From an uncultured Acidobacteriota bacterium (GTDB lineage Bacteria > Acidobacteriota > Terriglobia > Acidiferrales > UBA7541), in NCBI GenBank assembly GCA_963810355.1, contig CAWENU010000032.1, positions 15,641-79,640 on the forward strand: a stretch of DNA of 64,000 bases. Direction: 5' to 3'. How positions within the stretch are numbered: position 1 is the stretch's first letter; the number at the start of each line of letters is the position of its first letter. The notes beneath the pieces were generated by a model that searched no databases, was not told the origin of the DNA, and saw only the letters and a list, made by a program, of their open reading frames with translations. Made by a program: the position numbers and the translations under genes. Positions 29,245 to 40,207 of this stretch are shown here, piece after piece.

Positions 29245-30613
29245 TCAGTAGATGATCGGCAGCTTGGAGAAGTCGGAAGTATCGTGGTCGGTTACACGCA
29301 GGACCAGGAGGGTGCGGTCGTCGGAGGGGATGACGCCGGCGCCGCTGTAGTCGTCGGTGGCAGCGAGAATGAGGGCCGCGATGGCTTCCGCGGATTGGTC
29401 GGGTGAAACGCTCGACAGTACGGCGTCGAGCCGGTCGGGGCCGAACTCCTCCAAATCCGCATTGAAGGCCTCGAGAATGCCGTCAGAGGCGAATAGCACG
29501 GTGTCACCCGGGACCAGTTCGAGGGTGACTTCATCGTATTTCGTGTCCGGAAACAAGCCCAGTGGAATGCCCGCGACGCGCACGGATTGCACCGCGCCGT
29601 CACGAACGAGAAGAGGATACGGCCCACCGCCATTGGAAATCGTGAGGCGGCGGGTGCTGGCGTCATATACCGAGAAAAGCGTGGCGATGAAGCGGCTATC
29701 GAAATGTACGGAGTACAGGCGGGTGTTGAGCATCGCCAGCATCTCCGCCGGCGGGCAGGGATGCTCGACGATATGTTCGCGAACGATGCCGATGGCGAGC
29801 GAAGCGAATAGCGCCGCGGCTGTACCTTTGCCGGAAACGTCGCCCAGGACCATGGCGAGCCGGCCCTGACCATAGGGAAGAAAATCGTAGAAGTCGCCGC
29901 CGAGTTCCCGCGCCGGCACATAGGCAGCGGCGAGTTCCAGGCCGGGGACTTCGCGCGCGCCCGTGGGCAAAAGACCGCGCTGGATACTCGCGAGCAGTGG
30001 CGAGATCGGTTTGCAGGCGGCGCTCGGACACGCGGGCTTCTTCATACAGGCGCGCGTTCTCCAGTGCAATGGCGATGTAGGAGCCAAGGGTGGCGAGCAT
30101 GCGCTCATGCTCGGCCGTGAACGCATTGGGATTGGTACTCTCCAGATCGAGGACGCCGATGAGCCGATCCTGCAAGAGCAGCGGCACCACGAGTTCGGAG
30201 CGCACGACCACACCGGCTTCGCACTGGATGTAGCGAGGATCGTCGAGCGTGTCGGCAACGCGGATGGTGCGTCGCTCGCCTGCCGAAGTTCCGGTGATGC
30301 CCTGATGAAGCGGCAGAGTGAACCGCGAAGGGATGGCATCGCCGTAGCGCATGCCGAAAACGCTCTCGAGGAGCTGGGTGTTTTCGTTCCACAGCATCAC
30401 GCTGAAGACGTGGTAGTTGACCAGCTTTTTAACCCGATGGGCCACGCGCCGCAGCAGCTCCTCGCGATCGAGAATCGAAGTAATTTCGCGGCTGACTTCG
30501 TAGAGCAAGCTAAGTGTGCTGGCTTGTTCGGGATAGGAGGCGAGCAGACCTGCCGGGACGGGGTCGGGGTCGCCGACGAGTGGAAATGGAGCGAGCTTGG
30601 ATTGTTCGTCCAT
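29245..30613 (-). CDS. GAF plus PP2C/SpoIIE phosphatase (RsbU-like) with one +1 frameshift
   Basis: GAF (RSELVVPL..IGVLDLES) in one frame; GGDFYD, GDVSGKG, SDG, DDRT in another; extra base near 29986 in ARE/IQR. Confidence 0.85.
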
Positions 30614-30753
30614 ATAACAAGTATACGGCCGGATCCTGAACCGATATCAATTGGATGTTGGAGATTCACGAGCGTTGCGTGGCCAAGACCGGCGTCGATT
30701 CGAACCTGGCGTCTGGCGTGCGACGTGGATCGGGGCTCTAAGTTCGCCGAGAT

Positions 30754-32784
30754 CTAGGGCTTAGAGGCGCGGGCGGACGGTGGGTGGATGTCGATTTCGA
30801 TTTTGGCCTGGGTTTCGGCGGGCTTGTTGTCGACGTAGGTTGGTTCGTAGCGCCACTCGCGAATGGCTCTCGCCACATTCGGCAGCAATGCGTAGGAGCC
30901 GTAAAGAGGCTGAAGGTTGGTGACGTAGCCGCCTTTATCGATGGTGGCTTGCACGGTGATGGAGCCGTAGGGAACGGGAAGCTGCGAGACTTGCGGATCG
31001 ACGCGTGAGGTGAGCTCGCCGACGCTGACTTTCCGGCGTCCGCGCCATATGAACCTTTCACCGGGAATTCGTTCGCCGGGGATCCGAACGGACCGCTGGA
31101 TGTGGATCGTCATGGAGCCCGATCGAAGGACGCGCTCGCCTGGCAAATTGACAAAGGATGCGGCCAGACTTCTTGGCGCGGTCACCTCAACTACGGGAGT
31201 TTCCGGGGCGTCCATTTGTATCGCGGAGGAATTGGGCTGTATCGCGGGGGAATTGGTCACGTTGGACCCGCGTGCGACAAACGAATTGCTGGAGGTGCCG
31301 GCCCTTGACGATGAGGGCAACGACGATGACGGCAAGACGGACGGGCGTGCCGGAACCGCGGGGGCGCCTGATGGCTGGCCACGAGAAGGATCGGTGGAAC
31401 TATCGGGCTCGTAGATGGAGCCGGCGATGGCCGACTTGCGTGGAGGTGTGTTCGAGGCAGGGACCTTTGCGAGGAATTGATCGGACGATGGCGCGACGGA
31501 ACGATCGGCGGCAGGGACGTTGGCTGAAGGCTGGTTTTTCGCCGGGGCTGGCGCTGAATTTGCCGTAGTTGGGGCCACGGCTGGGGGAGTTTGCACAGTG
31601 GCCACGGGCGCCGGAGCCGGTTGCGAAACTGGGGCCGGCGCTGGGATCGCATCATTTTTCGCGATCAAGGCTGGAGGCGTCGGCGCTGCGGCCGGAGCGG
31701 AATCCGCGACGTAGGAACGTGGGGGCTCGGGGGCTACGGGCTCGGCGAAGCGCTTTCGCGGAGCGTCCATGTCCAGCCTGGAGGCGGCCAAATTGGGTTC
31801 CCTATGCTTGGGCGTCGCGACCGCTGGTGCGCCGACAGCCGGCGTCGCGGTCGGAGCGGGAGAAGGAACCGGCGACGGCGTTGGCGCGGCCGCATCGTGG
31901 TCCGCGCCGGTACTTTCCGCAGGGTTAGACGGAGCCCCAGTGGAAGGGGTCTCGGCGGAAGAGGCCACGACTACAGGTTGATCGGGAACAGCCGAAGAGG
32001 AATTTTGGTCGACCGACGGAGCGCTTTCCGTCGCGGCTAGAAAGGCGGACCGGTGCAGTTTGTCCGCGAGTTGATGCCGAAACGACCATCCTGCTGCCAA
32101 ACAGATGGCGGCCATGGACGCGGTCCAGAGGAGCGCGACCGTCATGGATAATCGTGACTTTGGGCGAGGCGCGCTATGGCGGCGGCCAACGGGAAGAATC
32201 TCCGGCTTCGGCCTGGGAGGCGGCTCATAGGTGAACTCGCCGTGAATTGGTAAAGGCATGGGAACAAACACAGGCTTCGATTGCGACTTGGGAGTCTCTG
32301 GCGGGGGAAGCTCAGCGTCCTGGTGTGCTAATTCGCCTTCCTGGGCAGGAGGAATAGAAATCGCGGCGCGTTGTATTGAAGCTGGGGAGGACTCCGCTTT
32401 TTTGGGCGAAAACCAGCCGTCCAAGGTCTCGTTTCGAGAGGTTTGCAGCGCCACCCATTTGCGGATTTGTTCGCGGTCCTGCTCGGAAAGGTCCAATAGC
32501 TGGATGCCGGAGCTATTTTGCGGTTGAGCGGTCCAGACGGTACGAACGCTGACGGTAATGGCGTGGGGGAGCCCATCCAGAGACAGGAATACGCGATAAA
32601 CCGAATTGAGGTCGAGCGGATTCGGGGTGCCTACCGAGAAGCCATTCTCGCTGACGTTCAGAAGGGTCCCCAGGTTGTTCGATCCAAAAGCGACATAGAT
32701 CGGTGCTGACGGGGTGACGCGCGGATAAAAGCGCCGCTCGATGGGCGCGTTCATAGCAGCGAAGTGATCGGTCGACGTGGACAT
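30754..32784 (-). CDS. PilZ domain - TM - Pro-rich linker - TonB C-terminal-like domain protein
   Basis: RRFYPR and NVSENG PilZ motifs; TM helix; GSITVQATIDKGG...AIREWRYEP. Confidence 0.82.
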   Translation of the reverse strand: MSTSTDHFAAMNAPIERRFYPRVTPSAPIYVAFGSNNLGTLLNVSENGFSVGTPNPLDLNSVYRVFLSLDGLPHAITVSVRTVWTAQPQNSSGIQLLDLSEQDREQIRKWVALQTSRNETLDGWFSPKKAESSPASIQRAAISIPPAQEGELAHQDAELPPPETPKSQSKPVFVPMPLPIHGEFTYEPPPRPKPEILPVGRRHSAPRPKSRLSMTVALLWTASMAAICLAAGWSFRHQLADKLHRSAFLAATESAPSVDQNSSSAVPDQPVVVASSAETPSTGAPSNPAESTGADHDAAAPTPSPVPSPAPTATPAVGAPAVATPKHREPNLAASRLDMDAPRKRFAEPVAPEPPRSYVADSAPAAAPTPPALIAKNDAIPAPAPVSQPAPAPVATVQTPPAVAPTTANSAPAPAKNQPSANVPAADRSVAPSSDQFLAKVPASNTPPRKSAIAGSIYEPDSSTDPSRGQPSGAPAVPARPSVLPSSSLPSSSRAGTSSNSFVARGSNVTNSPAIQPNSSAIQMDAPETPVVEVTAPRSLAASFVNLPGERVLRSGSMTIHIQRSVRIPGERIPGERFIWRGRRKVSVGELTSRVDPQVSQLPVPYGSITVQATIDKGGYVTNLQPLYGSYALLPNVARAIREWRYEPTYVDNKPAETQAKIEIDIHPPSARASKP

Positions 32785-33050
32785 TAGTCTCCCTTACTTG
32801 CGATTCGCATCACCGGCGGGTCGGAATGCGAGTGAATGTGACAGCTGGGAGGCCGAGTTGAGCGTACCTCATATTATATGAGATGACGCCGCTCGTGCGC
32901 GTCCGGAAAAGCCAGTACAAGGGCCGAGGACGTTCACGAGTCGGAATACGGTCCTTAACCCCTCCAAGGGCGAAAAGTTCCGCAATTGGAAAATTGTCAG
33001 CCGAATTGCAGGTTGGCGAGGACGTAGGAAGAGATGGTCGAGGACTAGTA

Positions 33051-33938
33051 CTACATTCCCGCACGACTCGAATCGGAAGACGCACGGATGGTGTTGAGGA
33101 AGTCTTGGAGGGCGGCGCGATACTTTGCCGGGGCGATCAGGGAGGATTCCTCATGGCACAGACCGTCGATTCGCAGGAACCGCTTGGGAGATGGAGCGGA
33201 GTTGTAGACGGCTTGGCCGAATGGGAAGGGGATGACACGATCGTCGGTGCAGTGGACGATCAGGATGGGCACGGAGGTTTCGTTGAGGCGCGAGGCCGTA
33301 TTGAGCTGGCCGCGAACAAGGAGCTCAATTCCCGGAAAGAACCAGAACAGCTTGCGGGCCAGGACCGAAGCGGAAGGGAACGGCGCTTCCAGGACTACCG
33401 CGCCGACTTGCCGGTGCGCGGCCAGGTCTGCGGCCACGGCCGTTCCGAGCGATTGCCCGAAGGAGACGATCGACTTCGGAGCGATCGCTTTCGTATTCAC
33501 GAGATATTGATAGGCAGCGTCAGCGTCACGGTAGATGCCGGCTTCGCTGGGTTTGCCTTCGCTATGGCCGTAGCCGCGGTATTCCAGAGCAAATACGTTG
33601 GCCGGCGTGTCGCGGAGAAACTCGTAGACTTCCGCGCGGTTGGCAATGTTGGAGGCGTTGCCGTGGAACGCCAGGAAGGTGAACTTGGCGTGGTCGTTGG
33701 GAATCCACCAGGCGTGAAGTCTTGTGCCGTCCGAACTGTTCAGCCAGACGTCCTGGACCGGAAGATTGCGCGGATGCCAATCGCCTTCAAGGCGGCCCGG
33801 ATAGTTCGGGAAGAAGATGAGGTGCGATTCGAACAGGCGAATCGCTACGAGCGCCAAGAGGTAAGCGATGACGAGGGTAACCAGCAGATTCACGAGGCGA
33901 GCGCCGAGAGATTTGTTTTGCTCACGCGGGACTTCCAT
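33051..33938 (-). CDS. Alpha/beta hydrolase (BEM46/ABHD13-like)
   Basis: FHGNA, EYRGYG.S.G.PSE.G, GQSLG. Confidence 0.9.
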   Translation of the reverse strand: MEVPREQNKSLGARLVNLLVTLVIAYLLALVAIRLFESHLIFFPNYPGRLEGDWHPRNLPVQDVWLNSSDGTRLHAWWIPNDHAKFTFLAFHGNASNIANRAEVYEFLRDTPANVFALEYRGYGHSEGKPSEAGIYRDADAAYQYLVNTKAIAPKSIVSFGQSLGTAVAADLAAHRQVGAVVLEAPFPSASVLARKLFWFFPGIELLVRGQLNTASRLNETSVPILIVHCTDDRVIPFPFGQAVYNSAPSPKRFLRIDGLCHEESSLIAPAKYRAALQDFLNTIRASSDSSRAGM

Positions 33939-34021
33939 TTGGCCGAAAGGTAGTTTAGCGGAAAGTCCCACCGTATACTTGTGCGCGCTTCCCTAACGCG
34001 GGACGTCGAGTCGTTTCTTCC

Positions 34022-34714
34022 GTGCCATCCCTTGTTCTCATTCCCGGATTGCTTTGCGATCAGATGCTCTGGGACGCGCAGATTCGGGATCTCCAGGACT
34101 CCGCTGAGACTGTAGTGGCGGATATTACGCGGGGGCTCACCTTGCCGGAGATGGCCGCGGCGGTCCTCGAAATAGCGCCTGAGCACTTCTCGCTGGCGGG
34201 TTTTTCTCTGGGCAGCCAGGTGGCGCTGGAAATCATGCGTACCGCAGACAGGCGGGTCGACCGGCTTGCGCTCCTGAGCGCTACGCGCGGGGGCTTGCTT
34301 CCTCCCGTGGAAATCGCGATTCGCAACGCGATTGCGACCATCGAGCGCGGTGGATTCGACGAGTATCTGGAAGCGGCTTACCTCACGTATTTCGCCCCGA
34401 GGCGGGCTGCCGATCTGGCTTTGAAGCGGATTTTTATCGAAATGGCGCATCGTGTCGGTCGCGACGCAGGATTGCGGCAGATGCGGGCTCTTCTAGGGAT
34501 TACCGCTGGCTTCACGAATCTTGGGAACATTCGGTGCCCTACCGTGATCGTGGGCGGGCGCGAGGACCGTCGCACCACGCCTGCCGCCCACGAGGCCCTG
34601 GCACTGGAGATCCCTGGGTCCGAGCTGGTGATGATCGACGATGCCGCCCACTTTTCGCCCCTCGAACGCCCTGACGTTGTGACTGCGGCGTTGCGGCGTT
34701 GGATGGCTGGTTAA
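34022..34714 (+). CDS. Alpha/beta hydrolase
   Basis: LIPGLLCD, GFSLG, AAHFSPLE. Confidence 0.88.
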   Translation: MPSLVLIPGLLCDQMLWDAQIRDLQDSAETVVADITRGLTLPEMAAAVLEIAPEHFSLAGFSLGSQVALEIMRTADRRVDRLALLSATRGGLLPPVEIAIRNAIATIERGGFDEYLEAAYLTYFAPRRAADLALKRIFIEMAHRVGRDAGLRQMRALLGITAGFTNLGNIRCPTVIVGGREDRRTTPAAHEALALEIPGSELVMIDDAAHFSPLERPDVVTAALRRWMAG

Positions 34715-34931
34715 GCGGGGTTGCGGGGAGGCCGCAGGGGGGGCCTCAACTCGGTCACGAACGGGCGTTGCTTCTGCAGGGTTAACGATTATGGGAGGCC
34801 TGACCCTGCGGGCTATTGCTGGGTAAATTGCCGCTGCGTAGAGTTATTTCGAGTGGGTTTGCAGGGCCCTCGATTCCGCAGTAGGAACGAACGCTGCGGC
34901 GGCGACCCGAAGATTGCCTGGTGCTCTCGCG

Positions 34932-35786
34932 ATGAATCCCAAACGTGTCGCTTATCTGGCCGTAGTTGCCTGGGTGGTCTGCGGCGTTGCGGCTGGGCGA
35001 ATAAGAGTCGTTGCCGCGGAGACGGTCCCGAGTGACGCAGGTTTCGCCAGCGCGATTTGTCCGATCGTTTATCCCGTGGATGAGATGCCCGCCGAGCGAG
35101 GGTATCAGTATGCGTTTTATGGGAACGCGTTTTTTATCAGCCGCGAGGGTTATTTGCTGACCGCGGCGCATGTTTTGCATTCCTTTCGCAACGGAGGAGA
35201 GCCGCATATTTTGGTGCAACGCAACGATGCGCCTCCGGTGATGCTGCGGGCCGAGGTCGTGGCCGTGGACAAGGAGCACGACGTCGCGGTGCTGCGGGCA
35301 ACGACGAATCCATTTAAGGGAAATTATCGGGTCGGGATTCTTCCTCTTGGAGAGGAAACTCCCGCGCGCGGCGACGGCGTCGTCGTGGCGGCACTGCGCC
35401 CTTCGCGGCGTCGGCCCCACAGTTTCGAGACCGAGTTGCAGGACCGCTCGGCGGCCCGAGTGGTGGATTATCAATCGAGCCAGTTGGAGAAAGGCCTGGG
35501 CGATACCGAATTGTTGCTGTTCAATCACGAAGTGATTTTGGGCCAGAGCGGCGCCCCGGTTTTGTCGGCAGACGCCCACGATGTCGTGGGATTTATTGAG
35601 GGCCAGTGGCTGCGTCCCGCGGCTGGGCTCGCGGCGCAGATGGAGCAGGGGGCGGCGTCCATAGGGGCGGCGGTGCCGATTCGCTACGCCATCGCGGTGT
35701 TGAAGGAGAAGGGAATTTCCTGGCGCGCCGATACGGAGAAGTCGGCCGAGGTCCCGGGACGTGGCAAGGAAGCGGAGAAGTTTTAG
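34932..35786 (+). CDS. Secreted trypsin-like serine protease
   Basis: LTAAHV, DVAVL, GQSGAP. Confidence 0.85.
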   Translation: MNPKRVAYLAVVAWVVCGVAAGRIRVVAAETVPSDAGFASAICPIVYPVDEMPAERGYQYAFYGNAFFISREGYLLTAAHVLHSFRNGGEPHILVQRNDAPPVMLRAEVVAVDKEHDVAVLRATTNPFKGNYRVGILPLGEETPARGDGVVVAALRPSRRRPHSFETELQDRSAARVVDYQSSQLEKGLGDTELLLFNHEVILGQSGAPVLSADAHDVVGFIEGQWLRPAAGLAAQMEQGAASIGAAVPIRYAIAVLKEKGISWRADTEKSAEVPGRGKEAEKF

Positions 35787-35993
35787 GCCGAGTCTGTCGA
35801 TCGTCGGCGTGACTCGCCGGCGGGTGGTGGGTCCGTCTCCGGTTGCGGCGTTTATCGAGACTTAGCATTCGACCGACGTGACAGAACCCGGCCTCAAGAT
35901 AGCTTCCGTGCAGCCAACCTGAAGTTATCCGCCGACGATTCGAACTGTGATCCGCAAGCCCACAGATGCGACTCTCTGATAGACTCTGCGCCC

Positions 35994-36875
35994 ATGAACA
36001 CCTTCCTCATTCGTACCCTTTGCTTACTCGTGTTTCTCGCGCCCCTCGGAGCCGCGCAGGATGTCATTCCTCTCTACCCCGGCTCTGCGCCTGGCTCGAC
36101 ACAAGAGAACTATCCTGAGAAGGAATACTTCTCGAAATACTGGAACACAGAAGTCGTCGCTAATGTGACCAAGCCAACGCTGACCGTATTCAAACCCTCT
36201 CCGGAGTTGAAAAACGGCACCGCCGTGGTGATCTGCCCGGGCGGCGGGTTTATGGCCCTGTCCATCAACAGCGAAGGCAACGATGTAGCCAAGTACCTGG
36301 TTGCGCGGGGCGTGACCGCCTTTGTCTTGAAGTACCGCCTCGCACACACCGGCGAGGACGCTACGCAGGAATTTACGGCGCTGTTTGCGGACAGGCAGAA
36401 ATTTCGAGAGATCGTAGACAAGGTCATTCCCCTGTCAATCGCCGATGGGTTGGCGGCGGTCACCTACGTTCGCCAGCACGCGACCCAATGGGGAGTTTCC
36501 CCGGATCGCGTCGGCATTATCGGATTCTCCGCTGGCGGGACAGTCTCTGCCGGAGTTGCCTTAGGTTACGCGCCGGATGGCAGGCCCGCCTTCGCAGCCC
36601 TGATCTATGCCGCCGGGAGCAGGTTTAAGGATTCTCCCGTTCCGACGGACGCGCCGCCTGTGTTTGTCGCGGCGGCCACCGATGACAACCTCGGACTCGC
36701 GCCGGATAGCATCGCTTTGTACGAAAAATGGACCAGCGCACACAAACCCGCCGAACTGCACATGTACGAGAAGGGTGGCCATGGCTTCGGGATGCGAAAG
36801 CAAAACCTTCCTACGGATCATTGGATCGACAGGTTTGCAGATTGGCTGGAGCTATTAGGTTGGCTAAAGAAGTGA
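35994..36875 (+). CDS. Secreted alpha/beta hydrolase (carbohydrate esterase-like)
   Basis: CPGGGF, GFSAGG, GGHGFG. Confidence 0.88.
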   Translation: MNTFLIRTLCLLVFLAPLGAAQDVIPLYPGSAPGSTQENYPEKEYFSKYWNTEVVANVTKPTLTVFKPSPELKNGTAVVICPGGGFMALSINSEGNDVAKYLVARGVTAFVLKYRLAHTGEDATQEFTALFADRQKFREIVDKVIPLSIADGLAAVTYVRQHATQWGVSPDRVGIIGFSAGGTVSAGVALGYAPDGRPAFAALIYAAGSRFKDSPVPTDAPPVFVAAATDDNLGLAPDSIALYEKWTSAHKPAELHMYEKGGHGFGMRKQNLPTDHWIDRFADWLELLGWLKK

Positions 36876-36958
36876 CTACCGAGACTTGGTCGCGACCGCG
36901 GCGGCGCAACTCTTGGTAAGTCGGAAACCGGACGTCTTGATCGGTTAGCAATGCGCGT

Positions 36959-37666
36959 TTACCAACCCATTTGGCGCATTCGCTCCAGGATTAGTCCGCT
37001 ATAGCGATTCATGCGCTCGGGGCGTCGCTTCAGGGGCAACGGCAGAATGGCGGCGAGCCGGGCCGCTTGTTCCCGGTCGATACTCCGAGCCGAGGTTCGG
37101 TAGTAGTAATGGCTCGCCGACTCCGCACCATAAACTCCAGGGCCCCATTCGACTACGTTGAGATAGAGTTCCAGAATGCGGTGCTTGCCGAGGACCAATT
37201 CGGCCACGGGGACAAGCGTGAACTCGGCGCCCTTGCGGAGGATGGAGCGGCCGGTTCCGAAGAAGAGATTTTTTACCAGTTGCTGGGTGAGGGTGGACCC
37301 TCCACGAATGCGACCGCCTTCCATATCGTCTTCCGCGGCGATTTGCATGGCGTGCCAATCAAATCCATGATGCTGGTAGAAGCGAGCGTCTTCCGCGGCG
37401 ATGACCGCATGCTGGAAATCGGGCGAGATCTGGCTCAGCGCAACGAATTCGTATCGTTCATGATACGGCGTGTGGTGAATCAACGCCTGCAAACGGCGCT
37501 CCATGTGCACCGCAGTGGTTGGTGGATCGATCCACCGGGCAGCCGCAAGAATGAGCACCGCAAGCGACCAAAGAAGCGCCGCTCCGATGAGAAACCATCG
37601 AACGAAGGATCGGAGAGAGAGTCTCCGAGGCAGGGTCTTGGGGGGAATGCCTGGATTTTCAGTCAC
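36959..37666 (-). CDS. mtgA: Monofunctional biosynthetic peptidoglycan transglycosylase
   Basis: AAEDARFYQHHGFD, RGGSTLTQQLVKNLF, RKGAE, ELYLNVVEWG. Confidence 0.92.
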   Translation of the reverse strand: MTENPGIPPKTLPRRLSLRSFVRWFLIGAALLWSLAVLILAAARWIDPPTTAVHMERRLQALIHHTPYHERYEFVALSQISPDFQHAVIAAEDARFYQHHGFDWHAMQIAAEDDMEGGRIRGGSTLTQQLVKNLFFGTGRSILRKGAEFTLVPVAELVLGKHRILELYLNVVEWGPGVYGAESASHYYYRTSARSIDREQAARLAAILPLPLKRRPERMNRYSGLILERMRQMGW

Positions 37667-37708
37667 ACTTCAGAATAATCGTTTGGGATGGAAACGTGGG
37701 GAAACGTT

Positions 37709-37773
37709 GGGACAGGCGCAACGTCTTTCTCGTATCTGGTCCTGTCGAACTGTAAAACGTCCCGTCTGTCCCC
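37709..37773. repeat. GGGACAG...CTGTCCCC inverted repeat
   Basis: GGGACAGGCGCAACGT pairs with ACGTCCCGTCTGTCCC. Confidence 0.55.
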
Positions 37774-37874
37774 GAATTCCCTCCCTCGCGAAGCGGCGAT
37801 GCGAATTAATTCTTCGGTTCCACCTGATCTTCGGTACAGTTTCCTTCCGCATCACGTCTTCCTAAGATTCACTC

Positions 37875-39023
37875 ATGAAACCCCGAACAACGTTGAAATG
37901 CGTTTTCTTATCGCAAATTCTTGGTTCTCTTGGACTCCTCCTCGTCGCTTGGGCTTGCGTTTCATGTGGCCGAAGCGAAGCTGTCGTCGCCTCCAGTCAG
38001 GGCGCCACAATGCAGGCCATTCGCGAATACGGCCGCGGACAACAGAAAACGCCGCCGGTATTCTCGAATTCACCTGTCAGCAAAACGCCTGTAAATGATC
38101 TGGAGGGGGCTGCGGTTTACATGGTCCGAATTTCCCAGTTGCTGGAGAGTGGAGCCTACGGTCAGCTCGACTCGGAGGGTCAACAAGTCCGCGCGGGGAA
38201 GGACAGACTAGCCGGTGGAGGCTGGAAACTCAATACTTTCTATGCGGCTGTATCCGCACCCTCCAATGGGTCGGACACAGAGGGAGGCGATTGGCAAGCG
38301 CATATCCAGAAGCTAAAGAAGTGGGTGGCAAAGGGTCCGGAGTCCGCTGCAGCTCGAGTGGCACTGGCTAACTCCTATATAGGCTGGGCTTGGGAAGCCC
38401 GCGGCTCCGGTTACGCCGATACCGTCTCGCAAGAAGGCTGGGATTTGTTTAAGAAGCGCGTCGGGATGGCCAAGGCGACTCTCGTCGAAGCCGCACGGCT
38501 CAAAGAGAAATGCCCCGGCTGGTTCTTCGCAATGCAGAACATCTCTCGGGCAGAGGCGTGGAGCAAGTCAGACGAAAAAGAGCTCTTCGATCAAGCAATC
38601 TCCTTCGAGCCCGGATTTTATTACTTCTACCAGAACCATGCACGGTTTCTGTTGCCAAAATGGTATGGTGCCGAAGGCGAAACGCAAGCCTTTATAAATG
38701 ACGTGACCTCCGGTGTTCCCGAGCCCGACGGTTCGATGCTTTATTTTGAACTCACGGACTCCGTAGCCTGTCAATGCGACCCCGACCGCGACACTCTGAA
38801 AGACATTTCGTGGTCAAAGGTTAAGGAAGGTTACGCCAATCTGGAGCGGCTCTACGGAACGGTGAACCTCAAAAACAATCGTTATGCCTATATGGCTTAC
38901 ATGGCGCGGGACAAAGCCGCCGCGGAGCACGCGTTTGCCCTGATCGGCGACAATCCGGATCATGGTGTCTGGCATGACCAGGATGCATTCGACGCCGCCA
39001 AAGGCTGGGCGGCAGCGCCATAA
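37875..39023 (+). CDS. DUF4034-like exported protein
   Basis: WAWEARGSGYADTVS.EGW..F..R and LLPKWYG motifs. Confidence 0.75.
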   Translation: MKPRTTLKCVFLSQILGSLGLLLVAWACVSCGRSEAVVASSQGATMQAIREYGRGQQKTPPVFSNSPVSKTPVNDLEGAAVYMVRISQLLESGAYGQLDSEGQQVRAGKDRLAGGGWKLNTFYAAVSAPSNGSDTEGGDWQAHIQKLKKWVAKGPESAAARVALANSYIGWAWEARGSGYADTVSQEGWDLFKKRVGMAKATLVEAARLKEKCPGWFFAMQNISRAEAWSKSDEKELFDQAISFEPGFYYFYQNHARFLLPKWYGAEGETQAFINDVTSGVPEPDGSMLYFELTDSVACQCDPDRDTLKDISWSKVKEGYANLERLYGTVNLKNNRYAYMAYMARDKAAAEHAFALIGDNPDHGVWHDQDAFDAAKGWAAAP

Positions 39024-39273
39024 TCATTTTGGGCCAATTTCACCTGTCCGGTTTCCTCGTCAATCGCGGCTCAGGCTGCCCCTCGCTACTGTCCCAAACC
39101 GCACAGTGGTATCACTTCACTTCATGACACCATAGGTGCCCGGGTTGCTTTTGGCTTACCGAATAGAATAAAGGCGCTGATTCGGCGGACGGGTCAGCGT
39201 TCCGTGTTGACAGGGAAGGCGTGAAACAGTTGGGCTCTGGTCCGCGTATACAGTTCAGAGAAAGATGTGCCCC

Positions 39274-40020
39274 GTGTCTTATTCGCCCATACTGGTCCTT
39301 CATATTTGTGCTGGAACCGTTGGATTGTTGTCCGACGCTGCCGCAATGTTTTTCCGCAAAGGCTCTCCCCGCCATGTGCAGGCCGGAAAGGTGTTTGTCG
39401 GATCGATGCTGATCATGGCGGTCGGCGCGGTGTACTTAGGAATTGTGAAGAATCAACCCGGCAACATCGGCGGTGGAATTATCACCTTCTACCTGGTTGG
39501 AACCGGGTGGCTGACCGCCAGGCGCAGGGAGGGTGAAACGAGCCGTATGGACTGGGTTGCGCTGCTGATTCCGCTAACGCTCGGTACCTTCATCTGGGTG
39601 AATGGTATTGAAGTGCTTCACAGCGGAGCGACTTCACAAAACGGGGTTCCGGTTGGAATGAGTTTTTTCATGGGTTCGATCTGCCTGCTTGCGGCCGCGG
39701 GCGACGTTCGCATGCTGCTGCGCGGTGGCGTTTCTGGAGTGAAGCGCCTCGCCCGGCATCTCTGGCGGATGTGCTTTGGTCTGTTCATCGCAGCAGGGTC
39801 ATTTTTCATGGGACCCTCGAACCGCCCGCTGAGATTGCTTTTGGCAGTGGGCATCGGGCAACACCTTCCCTCGACGGTATTCAGCACCGGCCTGTATTTA
39901 TTTCTCAGCATCCTTCCACTGGCTCTGCTGATTTTCTGGCTAATTCGAGTGCGCTTCACAAACGCATTCAAGGGAAAGCCGATGCCGGGCAGCGGCGAAG
40001 TTTACTCACTGCCGACCTAG
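39274..40020 (+). CDS. Multi-pass membrane protein (DUF2306-like)
   Basis: LHICAG, RKGSPRH..AGK, RHLWRMC; about seven TM helices. Confidence 0.72.
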   Translation: MSYSPILVLHICAGTVGLLSDAAAMFFRKGSPRHVQAGKVFVGSMLIMAVGAVYLGIVKNQPGNIGGGIITFYLVGTGWLTARRREGETSRMDWVALLIPLTLGTFIWVNGIEVLHSGATSQNGVPVGMSFFMGSICLLAAAGDVRMLLRGGVSGVKRLARHLWRMCFGLFIAAGSFFMGPSNRPLRLLLAVGIGQHLPSTVFSTGLYLFLSILPLALLIFWLIRVRFTNAFKGKPMPGSGEVYSLPT

Positions 40021-40207
40021 CTGTCGACAGGTGGAAGTGCGTATGCACTTTTTCCGCCGTCGAACCCCGTGTGTCCTACGCTTCTCGTAATCAAATCGTC
40101 ACAGGTACTATTGGCGCCCAATCATGCCTAAGCGACGATGGCTCGTAGCTCAAATCCAAAGACGCTGGGCGGCCACATGCCGTTTGGACCCAGCTATGGG
40201 GACTGGA

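Noticed and set aside
29960-30010. Split GAF and PP2C genes as a regulated two-part system
   Set aside because: A single extra base within the conserved AREIQ motif explains it; no slippery site or second RBS.
32790-33050. c-di-GMP riboswitch upstream of the PilZ gene
   Set aside because: No GGCAAA/GNRA/GCAAA pattern in the required order on the minus strand.
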